A stretch of 59,627 nt of DNA, filler included, from Sphacelaria rigidula (taxonomy: Eukaryota): the NCBI GenBank assembly GCA_964200075.2. It is 4 parts of 4 records of this genome, joined end to end, with 100 filler letters (N's around TTAATTAATTAA, not from the genome) between each part and the next. Parts side by side here need not be neighbours in the genome. Positions count along the whole stretch, not along the records: positions 1 to 14,835 come from CAXNAA020002024.1; positions 14,936 to 29,768 come from CAXNAA020002025.1; 2 more parts are not named here. The stretch is one strand, 5' to 3'. The position numbers and the translations under genes were made by a program. Shown here in pieces: positions 10,901 through 22,871 of this stretch (position 1 is its first letter; every line of letters begins with the position of its first letter). Under the pieces are notes generated by a model. The model made no database searches and was not told the origin of the DNA. It saw only the letters and a list, made by a program, of their open reading frames with translations.

Positions 10901-13681
10901 CCTGGAACGATATATATATACGTATATACGTAATGCACGAAGCTGACATATTCAATGCAAAACATTTGGCGAAAATAGATCCATTTCGCCGATAGAGAAA
11001 CGCGCCACAAGTTGCACAACCTTGCACACACGGCGACGGCTAAGCGTACTTGACTAGGCTTTAGTGCACAATCCACATCCGACACTGTAAATTGTTCTGC
11101 TGGCTGTCAAAGACGCATGCCCTGGACGATAGATAACATTGTCAAAGAGTGTACTGCGTACAGACTTGACTACTGTGTCCATTGCGGTAGGAATATTCCA
11201 TACTGTACGCAGTACACGTTTTGGCAATAAAATCTCGCGTCCAGGGTGTGCGACGACGGCAGAAGGGCTAATTGAGGGACTGTAAGCTTCAAATGAGTAC
11301 AAACTTCACGTGATATCTACCTCGAATGCAACAAGAAGCAAAAACATACACCAACAGAGTATTTTATAAGGCTTAGAGAGCTCGGAGTCGCCTTGGAGAG
11401 CTCATGCGCCGCAGTGGATATCATGTTACTCGTGGTGAACTTTTCATCCGCATATTTCACACGCAAACACCCGGTGTAAAGGATTCATGATATCTCTACC
11501 CATATAAAACACTTGATGAGACGACTCAATCCCGGTGTATAGCCAAGACACCTTGACATTGATTAGATACATTTACACCAAGTTTCGATGTGATAAAAAA
11601 AAACATTGCAGTACATGAAGAGGCTAGGGCGAAGCCAGGACGGGGCAGCAAAAGGAACATCGTTTTGTGTGGCTGAGGATGTCCTCGAGCGATGATGGTC
11701 GTTCAGGATCGCAAGAGATCAATATTGTTTTCAGACTTTCACCGAAATTTGTCCATACGGTGGGTAATAGCAGGGATGCCACCTTCGACGCGCGATTGCT
11801 CGGTCTGCACAAGCGCACCCCGCGCTCTCCCTGCTGGCAATGTTTTCGTCGATACTTTTCTAGATAAGAGTCTTGTAGGGAGACGCTGCGGAAGCAGTGT
11901 GCCCATCTCGATACACCCAGACACATGGTGTGTGTGCACTTCACCATGGTTTTCCTCTTCTACAGTACGGGTTGAAGAGCCATTTCGGGAAAGCACAATG
12001 CCACATTTACACAATGCAAGGGGCCAATATCTAGCGTGTTGGGGGTGTTTGATCAGTAGTATATGGGTATGTAATTCGCACATGACGCACGAAGCATCCA
12101 GCTCTGGACGCCGCGTACGCGGAGTTATACATGAGTTACACCTGAATTTCTCTGGCGCATTGCCGCTCTACACACATGGAGTTCTTAGGTATGAACAAAA
12201 ATGAAACAGCCGGGAAAATGCTGACGTCTCCAATCAAGCAAGGAATCTATGTCAGAATTTGCAATGCACACACTTGAAATCTACTGTATCCAAGTGATAA
12301 TTAATCATGGCAATACTATACCCTAGTACTTCATTGGTCACCATCACACCCAGGGGATCAAAAGTGGGGTACCCTATCATAGAGTCAGAACATGTCACCT
12401 GTTACTATTCACGTATGAGTCGCGGGCACATCAAGCCAGCATGTTCACGTTTATCCCAATTTGGTTTTCGGCTTCTGTTTAGCAGTTGTATATAGCATCA
12501 CTTACTCGAGCCCGCTGGTGATTGTTTGACATAGAGCGACAACTCATTATTCATCAGCGGGCTTGTCCCAGGCTTGGTCCACTTTTGTCGAAATTCTCGT
12601 GTTCAACAGGTTCTATTTCTCAGGTACATCTCAAAAGACATGAGAAAATTTTGAATGCAAATTGCACAATAAAGGAACGCATAGAATAATGATGTCTAGT
12701 TGGATTGGAGCAGGGGTTGCAGGGTGAGGCAGCGAAGGTAAAAATAACCGTCCTCGGGGGTGTTATCTTCCATAAATCGGGAGGGCTGTCTCCCCTCTTG
12801 GTCTGTGCCGTACGAATGGCGATGCCCGTGGCTATGATAGTAGTCACATTGGGATGATTGAAGTATCAGCAGCGGGGGGAAAACATTTCCCAATCACAAG
12901 ATAAAAGCATGCCCTCCCCCGAAAACGCTCACGGGGGATACGAAACGTCCTCCGCTGAAGGGACAACTGGCGATACCCTCAAGTGCGTGAGAGGTGTCGC
13001 TAGAACACGTGAACCCTACCGGATGTATTTACAATTTCACCCTTCTCCTACCCGGAGACAAGATCATTTTTCTGCACCCCGAACAACCAAACGAAACAAA
13101 CGCACCGGGGGCGTCATCTGCCGCGTCGCTCCTCTTACACGTGATGAATACCACGGACAACGGATCGGAGGGAAAATATGATGGATTTTTTGCTAATGCT
13201 TGTGCAGCAGTACATGTTTCTATCCCCACACCAAACGCAACGCCGCGGAACCGCGGTGACAGTGGATTCGCGACTTGCGTCGATTTTCAACGTACGACTT
13301 TTTTTTTGCTGATTTCTCGACGTGCCAATATGAACCATGATGCCGAACGGACGAGACTTTACGGTTTTGCAGCATAACCAGCAACAGACAAGACAGTCGC
13401 AATGTACCATGGTTTCTGAAATTTGTCCATGATCAATTACGAACTCGCGGTACTACAGACAGGCTGCGGAACGTATGTTGTAGTGAGTACTGTCTGTAGT
13501 GCTGTCTCCTGCATGAACCGATGTCCTGACTGCAGCATTGAGCGATGTACTGTAGTCTTACACGTCCGAGCGCTGTCGTTTGACCACTGCTAAGCAGATT
13601 GACAAACTTGATGAACAAATATGGTACCCCGAACACGCATGTGACCCAAACCGGACGCCAGCACTTAGGTTCGTTGTTAGC

Positions 13682-13917
13682 ACACTGTTTTTTCGGAGAT
13701 TTCCGAATTTTTCGGAACGGGCAAGGTCCCTGATAAATCGAACGCTTGAGAGCGCCACGGCATACACACGAGGCAGCTCTCCCAATTGCTGCGTTGCAGT
13801 CCGAAATTTTCGGGAACATGAAGCTCCAGGTTAAAAAAAAGCCGCTACATTTTCAGAGAACTCTGAACGTATAGTCCGAAAAGTCCGAAAATTCCGAGAA
13901 CTCTGAAAAAACAGTGT
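13682..13917. mobile_element. MITE with terminal inverted repeats
   Basis: ACACTGTTTTTTC at 13682 and its perfect reverse complement ending at 13917. The match extends imperfectly inward, and the interior is rich in TCCGAA/TTCGGA subrepeats. Confidence 0.6.
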
Positions 13918-14835
13918 CAAAAACAGTGGGCCTTACACCGTCCTGGTATCTTCCAATTCGCGTTTCCACCATATTTTTCAAAATACGACTGGAAAATACA
14001 AGACGTCTTCTTACGATTTGTATTGTCACAAAAAATTACAAAAAAAAAACGAGCCGGGAGATATTTCACGAGATGACCGCTCCCTGCGCGTGTTTTTTTC
14101 AAGAAAGTACGAGCCAAGACCAAAAGATATCCTTCAGTCGTACATTTCAATGGAGATCATAAATGCCCGCCAGCGCACCCCACGCGCGAAAGATGTTTGT
14201 GCCCTTCTTCGCCATCTGCGGGGCTCTCCTGGCAGCAATATCGAACATCCTCAGTGCCGTTTACGCACCGCCGGACTTCGCTTCGCCATCCCAGCGCACG
14301 CACGTGCGGCACAGACGGTACTGTACTGTCTGTGCTGCCGCATACAGTATAGCATGTAAGAATCAGTTTGCACACAGTTATGAGGGTGAATGGGGCCCGA
14401 TTTTGGGTACTATATATCTGTAAAATGGACCGACCACTATCCACTGCAAAAACATTACCCGTAATCAAGTCAATCGTATCAATCACAGATACAGACGTCA
14501 TCTCCGAATGACGATCTCGCTCATATGGAATGAAGTCTAACTCGAGTACATATTTACAGGCCTGCGAGTGGTCGGTGTCGCGGAAATGTAGTTGCTCCAG
14601 CGACTGCACTGATATAGTGTTGTGTGCTTGTATTGTTTAGCGGTTGCACTCGGGAAGCACACGCCCACTACGTTCCACCCCACATTCACCGTCCTTCTCA
14701 ACATCAGCAATCAAGAACACGAAAAGTGGCAGTAGTTGCGGGCGTCACCCACAACACCAACCCCACTTAACCCTTTTACTCACATATCGCAAAAACGAAG
14801 CAGCAGAGAATATTCAAACAATTAGCACAAGTGTC

Positions 14836-14935
14836 NNNNNNNNNNNNNNNNNNNNNNNNNNNNNNNNNNNNNNNNNNNNTTAATTAATTAANNNNNNNNN
14901 NNNNNNNNNNNNNNNNNNNNNNNNNNNNNNNNNNN
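14836..14935. other. Artificial contig spacer (44 N + TTAATTAATTAA + 44 N)
   Basis: Six-frame stop linker inside an N run, identical at three positions. Confidence 0.97.
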
Positions 14936-15042
14936 CTTTGTAGGGATGCGAGGTCAATGGTCATATGACCATGGCATGCAAGATGATGAGTACACTCCCC
15001 CCCCCTCTCTTTGTCCGTCGCCCTGCCCGATATTATGTTTAC

Positions 15043-18000
15043 CTTAGTGGCATTAAGCGAGTCGATGAAGTCGGACAGCGCGTAGATGGCAGCTTGTGTC
15101 CCCGCAGTCCTTTCCGTGTCATTGTAGGCCTCGAGCTGCGTGATGGCATCGAGAAAACCCCGTCGTGAGGACAGGAGTCTAAAGATACTTGATTTACGCG
15201 TGTGCGGAGTACGTTGTAAACGCAACGTGCGGTTGCTGGTTGTTCAGACGAAGGTACACACATACCGTAACTGGTTGGCATCGACAAAAGGGCGGCAAAT
15301 GTTTGAACATGTGGTTGCTTCGCTCCCGCGAGGGGGATAACCCAAGACCACTTAATCATCATAAGCAACCACAGCAACTGCAGGGAAAAAGCTGCCGTGT
15401 CGCCCTAACTTCGTCCTTCAGAGATCACCGTTGTCTGCGCTTGTTTATACTGTTTTCTGAAACCATCCACTGATGGTATGAAGCAAGCTACGCAAACACG
15501 AAACAAGTCGCAAGTGACAACTCTGTGCACATCTGTGCGCGAGAATTACGACAAATGCACCGAGTACCGCGACCCTTTCCAAGTAGGACACCACAATCTG
15601 ACCTCTACGGCTTCCCAGGACACACACCTCCACCACGGCTGTAGGGTAACTTTCCACGAACCCCAGGGCAGTGGTAAAGTTAAATACGTCCAGAACAGCC
15701 TCGCCGGCAAGGCATCCATTCAGCACAATCGAGCTCTGACCGCCAAGGCCGGCTGTCTCCCAACCTTGCCGAACGCCGAGGTCGAGGAAGCGGCAACCGT
15801 CGGACCACGTAACAGCCGCAGCCATGAAGATGGCTGAGAGCGTAAATGCAAACCATGTCGCTAAGGCGGCGACGATGCATGTTATCCGCAAGAGGTCAAT
15901 ACCTGATGAAGTCCACAAACAAACGTACATGATGCACTCTGGGAACGTCAAGTGGATTACAATCTTTAAAAACGTGGGTAGATGGAGTGGTGTGCGATCC
16001 GCACCGAACAACGTTTCCGTGAAATTGAGAGTTGAAGGTATGATTGAGAGTGAAAAGCGGTCGATTAGTGAGTGAGCCGTTGCAGTTCCGAAATGCACCT
16101 CCACCAGGTCCAATATTCTCTCTGTAATAGCTTGCCACTCGATACCCCTGAGTAGGATATCAACGTGTAAAGCACATGGCAATGATGAGACAAAGAAAAG
16201 CACACACGGAATGAAAAATCGGCCAAGTTAAAGCGAATGATCAAAGCCACTCTCAGTCCACACCCAACTCTCAATCTCACGAAAACCTTGTTACCGATGG
16301 TAGTGCACCAAACACATGTGTTACGAACACGCGATTACGCGGAACCTTGCACGTGCTCATGTCTGTACGAAGCGGCGAAAAGGGGGGTACTAGCACTACT
16401 TTGTCGGCATATCGCCGCTGGAGAACGGAACGCCAGGAACCCTATTTCGCAGTGAGCCTTTGTTTGCTCGCGATGGCCGAAGATCCTGCCACTACGCACA
16501 CGCCGTATTCCACCCTCACAAGATTCCACCCTCACAAGGCAAGCAGGGTTTGTTGACGGAGATCCCAGAAAATACTCCAATCGCTCCGATCACTCCGGCG
16601 GCCACCACGGATCCCATCAAAGCAACCATGCTGGTTTGCGGCACCTGCGCATATTTGTCTGCCAGGGTTCTAAAATAGGCCACACGGTCGCGATTCTCCT
16701 TGACTGTGTCATTTACAACCTGTAGCGCAGCGAGGACGTTACCTCCTGAGCCTGTAAAGAGGTCTTCCATGTCAAGAAAGTCTTCCTGCAAGTTTCGACG
16801 AGAGATACGTACACGGGATATGTCAGGGCGTGCTGTGAATCAATAGGGTGAGGTGGGGCTAAGCTTGTTACGCAAATACAAACGAGTGGGTGCACTAGTA
16901 TCGATTACATTGAATGGCGAAGATGTCAGCGATTAGCGTCATTCTGGACCATTCTCATTGGGGACGTGCATTAGAGGCGGAGGGACAGTCGGATCAACGA
17001 CATATACTAGTTAAGTATCATAAAGCGTTACACCATGAGTTGCCATGCACGAAGCTGCGCTAGAGTCAAGAACCTCTCACATCGAAACATGTACACGAAT
17101 GCGGCTGCCTGCTGCTTCACCTGACTTCCCAGCGAATTCGTGCACGCGGAAAATGAGAGTACTCCGACACTACCTGTTTCCCGGGCGATAACTATATGGT
17201 TCTCGCCTGGAGGACGTCTGCCGCCACAGAGATGTCATCAGCAACCCCAGTGACGAAGGAAGCGGCAGCATTTACGACGTCTAGGCCAAGAGCATCGAAG
17301 TCTGCGCTGCCGCTCTCAAACCGGTGCCTGTACGAGCAAGGCGTATCGACGTTACTAAACTGGGCCAGGCACTTTGTATCTACAAAACTTGAATGGATAC
17401 TTCCAGTAGTGGGACTACCAAGCGGGGAGGTTGTGGACACGTTATACGCCGAAGACAAAGCAATGTACTGTGGATCTAGTACAATTTCCATGCTGTGCTT
17501 GCGACGATCGCAGCGTGCGCCGAATCTTGCAAGGTTGTGTTCTGTAGGGTATACCGGCTGAAATCCAGCTATTTACACATAAAAATAAATATTCTATAGG
17601 TAAAATCCACTTCCGAACCATATCGGTGTGTTCGGAACAGGGCTGGATACCGTACCAAACCGTACCGGAGTGTTCGGCACGCATTCCGGTATGGTCTGGC
17701 ACGCAAACATAAAATCGTCCCTCTCCGGGCATACTCCGCCTCGAAAGGGATGCGTGGTCAATGGCCAAACGACTAAGTCAAACAACACATGAGTACGCCC
17801 CCGTTCCTGGTAAAACCTAGAAAACACAACCTTGGAATCTTGTCAGAGGACCTGCATATGAGGTCCCTGAGAAGACACGATGTCCCACCTTTATTAAGCC
17901 AAGAGCGATTCACGGTACCAAGTCATGATCATATCGGGGGAAAACACAAACAATGATTCCCGGTCATCGCCCACCTCTCGAGCGCGGCTGATGGCCCACA

Positions 18001-21000
18001 CGCAGTGAATACGTGCGTGCAAGAGCTATCGCAGTCGCATTTCGCGGTCTACGACAATTCTCTTCCTCTCACCCATGGGCAGCCTCAAAGGCGGCGAGCC
18101 GAAGACTGAGTCCATTCTCCAAATCGCTTAGCCAATCCCCTCGTGCCAACAAAGTCTCTACCTCCATCTTGGTTTGGTTGAGTGATCTCAAAAAGCTATT
18201 CAGCGGCGAGGATACCGACGAAGAAAATTCTTGCACTCCTTCATACGTTTCATCGATTGCTGATTGATAGCGGTACGTTGCAGGTGTGCGACGGTCGACA
18301 AGTATCGAGAGACGTTAGCCATCAAAATGAGTTTCGCCATTGTGTGGGATACCCGTACCCCATAAAAAGTACATCGATTGCTCGGTGATTGTAGTATTAA
18401 TATCAATGGTAAAATCATTGTCGTTATTTTGAGCGTTCAAGGTGAAGTAACAGCAGCTACAGGAGCGACAAGGATTTCCTGGGGGAGAAATATGGAGCGA
18501 TCAGGGAGTCGAAGACCGCGAACAGAACCCACGGGTAGCCACCAACTTGCTGAATCTGCAGCATGAGAAGTGTAGTGCGACGCCCAGACCATGCCCACAT
18601 GCAAAGGCGGACAGTATTTGAACACATTATTCCATGGGCATGTGAAAGAAATGACTTACTTGTAAACATCATGTCCAGCCCGCGGGTGATGTGGGGCCCG
18701 CCCTGCAGTCCAAGAGCCCCAGCCACAGTCACCAATGCGAGACCAACGAAGTACACCATCACCGGTGATAACTGCTCCTTGACCGTATACCCCACCCGCT
18801 CCCGCTGTACGTCCCCGTCGCATAAGCATTTACCATAGACACCTCTGAAACGGTTGCACCAAGACAGCAAGAAGGGGGCAGGAGAAAAGTAAATGCACTC
18901 CTCAAGCCGTTTCTGCCGAGATACCTAGACTGCTGCCGAATACAAGTCACTATTCCCAAGGATCTCGCGCACGTATGCGCAAATTATTTCGATTGGCTGG
19001 GGGGTCTAGTGCGACGTCAAAACCGTTGCTACACATCACTGTGGTGGACGGTGGTACCAAGCTTTTTTTCAGGACGCGTAGAAGTTGGTGCGGGTCCGAA
19101 TGTGGTCTGCACACCAATAGCAGTTGCTGCATGTAGACCCAATAGCTGCTGTGGCTGTCATACCGCCCAGGAGCCCCATCCTTGCTAGAGCAACATGGCG
19201 CTGACAGAGCCCGTTGGATCTTCTCCAGCCCACACCCCAAACGTTCTTCGTTAAGCCCCCTGTTCAAATAGGAGGATGATGGTGATACCCATGGAGGCAC
19301 CACGGCGTTTGTCGTACTAGAGTTTTGCGTGCTCCCTTGGTTCTCCCTCTACCCGAAGCCCAGCCGTAGGGAGTAATTCGATAGCCACTATTTTCCGAGA
19401 GGATAGATCGTGGTAATGCGAGACTACAGGGCCCGCTGTCACAATATTGTGTCGTACAGCAGGTGCGGTACATGCGTCGCTGATAGAAATATCCACTAAA
19501 TTTCCATGGGAACGCGGCACGACGCGCCGTACTACCCATCTTTTCTACCACAGATATTCTGTCAGTGTCACAGCACGTCGCTGCTGTAAAGAATGCGGAG
19601 AGGAAATCAAAAGCGATCCCGCTGCCTGTACAAGAGATCCACAGTCCACGCTTCACTGCCGGTGTGTAATTGCTGGCCCATTCATTCATGCGACAGAGCC
19701 AGGTGATCGATACGCGATCTGGCGCAACATGTAGATCCCAAGCCAAGTGATGTGAGAATGATGAGCATGCCCACATGCGGAACGGGTGTTCCGATTTGAA
19801 TACCTGCACTAATACAAGGTAGAAGTTGAGTTCAACCTCGAAACCGGGGGAGATGCGAGGAGCCACGACATATATGTTTTCTGCAATTCTAAACCAGCAT
19901 GAGCGCTGTAGCGCACCAGTCTCCTGGGGTCCCTTTTGCCAGAGATGTGATAGTCACTACAATCTTATCCTCCAGAAAAGCGTGTTTGTAGTTTTCGAGA
20001 CATGAATGTATATTATCTGACGCACTCAAAGTAGCACAGGACACATACATGGCGAGAAGTGTTACCTTCAGTCACATTGCTTTTACATGATGTAACCTTC
20101 ATCGTTTGAGCGTATAACTATCTGCTCGGTGGAGAGGGAGCGTCACTCCTTGAGAACAAGAATATTGGCAGAAAAGACGTCCAAAAAAACCCGGTATTGT
20201 TAGTTCTGCAGCGTCGCCGTGCTTGTCGATGCAACCCAGTGTCTGGGATGAGCACGGTGTGGTATGTTTTTAGTGTCATCCACTACTTTGACTACCTTTC
20301 GAACTGCAACTTCTGCAATTTGAGTGTATAACTCCCGAAAATAGTGAAAAGGCGTCATTAATCTCAGAGGGGCAAATGTTGCCAGGAATGAGTTTGTTTT
20401 CGAAAACCTAGTCTTACACTGACCATCGCCGTTGTTTCCGAGATACCAAATAGTGTTTATGAGCTGGTTTACGTTCACCACCCAAAACTATGCCATCAGC
20501 AAATGCCCCCCGCAATACCTACCCGATAGTCGCATACCTACATGTATCGTATCATACTGGTCACCATGTAAAGTTAAAGAGGAAGACATAGCCGGATTTT
20601 GCTCAAGGCCATTGGGGCGGCGCTGAGGGTAAAAGGGTACCTCGGCCGATCAGCAATCTTGAAATTGTTCCGAAAATTGACATCCGAATTACCAACACAA
20701 CTTCTGCCCAATTTCCACATGCTTAAGGTGTCGTACTAACCGCCATCAGCCCGAGAATCCAACGGCAAGAACAGATTCGAAAACGGTTACTATGGGATCG
20801 ACGTATACCTCAAACAGTGGAATTTAGGTGATGTGGGATTTTTGGCTTCATCTGATTCCACTAATGACAGGAAACCAACACCCAGACAGCCTCCTGACGG
20901 TTTCCCTTATATCTTCTGTAGAAGGGCTACGACCGCCCTCAAACTCGGCAGTTTGATAGGTAGTGGTGCTTCAAATGGACAACACGTTTTTGAAAAACAT

Positions 21001-22416
21001 TTCACAGTTTATCTCCTCTGTACCGGCTTCCGGGGCTCCTGGCGTGATGACCCCCGGAAGCCGGTACAGAATACCTACGAAACAAAGTAATGAGATTATG
21101 CGTCCCTGGGTAGTAGTCCAAGGAACACTTCCACAAAATTTCGTTCCGAAACTTGAAAACCTGGACATACCCGAAGGGTCGGCTTCGTCACTAAAATCAA
21201 ATAGTTAGGAGTTTCTACCTCCACCTCATCGCACAAAAGCGCAAATGCTTACGCCGATTCTACGGGTTAGACGCTTACACTTTGCACACATGTACTATGG
21301 GAGATGACGAAAAGTCTTGTCGCTGAGGTCTTTGTTCTGCACCAATTATCGGGGGTTCCAAAAGGGAATGGAACTCTCCAGCACCCTGGAACCCCTGACA
21401 ACTGGCGAAAAGTGAAGAAGTCGAAAGACATCATCCATTAACAGTTTTGTAACGTCCCGAAGTATATGCGCGCAAATTTTTAGAGCCCAACACCAAGAAT
21501 CGGCGTGAACGTTTGCGAATTAGTGAAGTCGGGGTGATAGGCGTGAACCAGCTCGTACGGTAGGGTGAGGACGGTTCTGCTTGCTTGTGTTGTACAAAAT
21601 GCGACTGGATCACTCGGTAATTGGTGCTTTGCCGCTTCGTATGACGGCCAAGAAGATCAAACTTGATTTTCATTACTGATGTTTCAGTTCGAACAGTTCC
21701 ACAAGACCAGCGGAGTAATCCGCAAGCGCCCAGAACGTGTCCCCTGAGGGGACTTTCTATTACATGAAGAGGCCATTTGAGCCCTTCACGTACCTTGTGA
21801 TCGCAAACTTGGAGCACCCAATGAATGCTGCGACGGCCAGCGCGAAACCGAAGGTTCCATAGTCCGACACCCTATCGCTCAGATGTTCCTGAGCAGCATT
21901 CTCAGCCGCGATGTATTGCTCATCAGTATATCTTCGGCTTCTATCTTGATCTTCCTCTGGCGTATTCCAGTAGCAATTTGCCACCACTTCACATAGCCCC
22001 GCAGCATACGCGTTTTGGTCGCCGTCTGATGTTTGGATACAATCTCCGTACTGGTCTCTTGCGGCCGTGATGTTCCGGTTCGTGACGTACCGGACACGCG
22101 TGCTCTCGTAGTCTTCCTGACAACGCTCTATCATCACACGCTCTAGGGCATCTTCGTGCCAAACATCATCTTCGGTAGTGAGGATGTTGATAATGCCCAT
22201 GCCGAGAGACAACTCGCTCGGTTCGGCGATCGATGTCGCAGCCGCGACATCGTCCACTATACCATAGGCTATGCAATAATTGTCTACAGTTGATAACTCC
22301 CGCCTCGAAGGTGTCGGTGGCCATCGGGTGCTTATTGGGGGCGAGGCAAACGTATATACTGCATCGTACAGGATGAGCACGTGCGCAATCGGGTGCAGCA
22401 ACGCCGAGGCCAGCAT
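15043..22416 (-). CDS. Multi-pass membrane protein with prominin/Tweety-like architecture; 3' end lost at the contig edge
   Basis: Phase-compatible exons: 22416-21794 (MLASALLHPIAHVLIL... signal-like start, TM1), 18844-18660 (CLC loop, GYT, TM2), 18259-18073, 17492-17207 (GC donor), 16785-16536 (TM3), 15902-15628 (TM4, WSDGC, NGC). Probably also 15178-15043. The family call rests on topology and the DxC motif after TM4, not on a database search. Confidence 0.7.
16007..16292. mobile_element. Intronic MITE, ~286 bp
   Basis: Left TIR AACAACGTTTCCGTGAAATTGAGAGTTG matches the reverse complement of the right end at 25/28. A second copy lies at 1-115. Confidence 0.7.
20330..21080. repeat. Dispersed repeat (intronic) with a perfect 19-bp hairpin; inverted homolog at ~31380-32130
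   Basis: Several colinear matching blocks in reverse complement, e.g. ATAAGGGAAAC.GTCA.GAGGCT, GTTTGAGGTA, CTGATGGCGG.TAGTA. Hairpin arms at 21017-21035 and 21052-21070. Boundaries are approximate. Confidence 0.65.
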
Positions 22417-22871
22417 ACAGCATGCAGCTGCAGGAGGAAAACTTTTTAGAAGGGATAATTTAGTGGAAAGCCGAGCCTGTGCCCTCAACCCCAACACTCA
22501 TCTACATATGCGGTGAAACGGTGCCCACATTGTACATTTAATTGCGCCGCATGTTGCAACAACGCGGCGAGATAGCAACAGGAGAACACGATAGCCACAC
22601 AGCACGCTAGCGCACGGTCTCCTCGATAACCTTCTTTTCAGTCTGCTCGCCCTTGGATACTACTATAAACATCGTGAACTTGCATCAAAAGACTTCTGCT
22701 GTTTGTACTACAAGAAACGTCTCCTCTTCGCACACTTCGACAGCGTCTAAGGCGTGCACCCGTTTTTCACGCTTGCCCGTCTGGGCACCTCGCTGATTTT
22801 GCACAGCGTTCTATCTACTGCATCTGCTGTACCGTCTCCGCTGTAGTTCCGTGCCACACCAAGACAAAACC

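Noticed and set aside
14880-14891. TTAATTAATTAA as a biological motif (also at 29813 and 44744)
   Set aside because: Embedded in symmetric N runs; an assembly linker.
15445-16203. 252-aa single-exon protein
   Set aside because: Only 15902-15628 is a plausible exon; the rest is intron, including a MITE.
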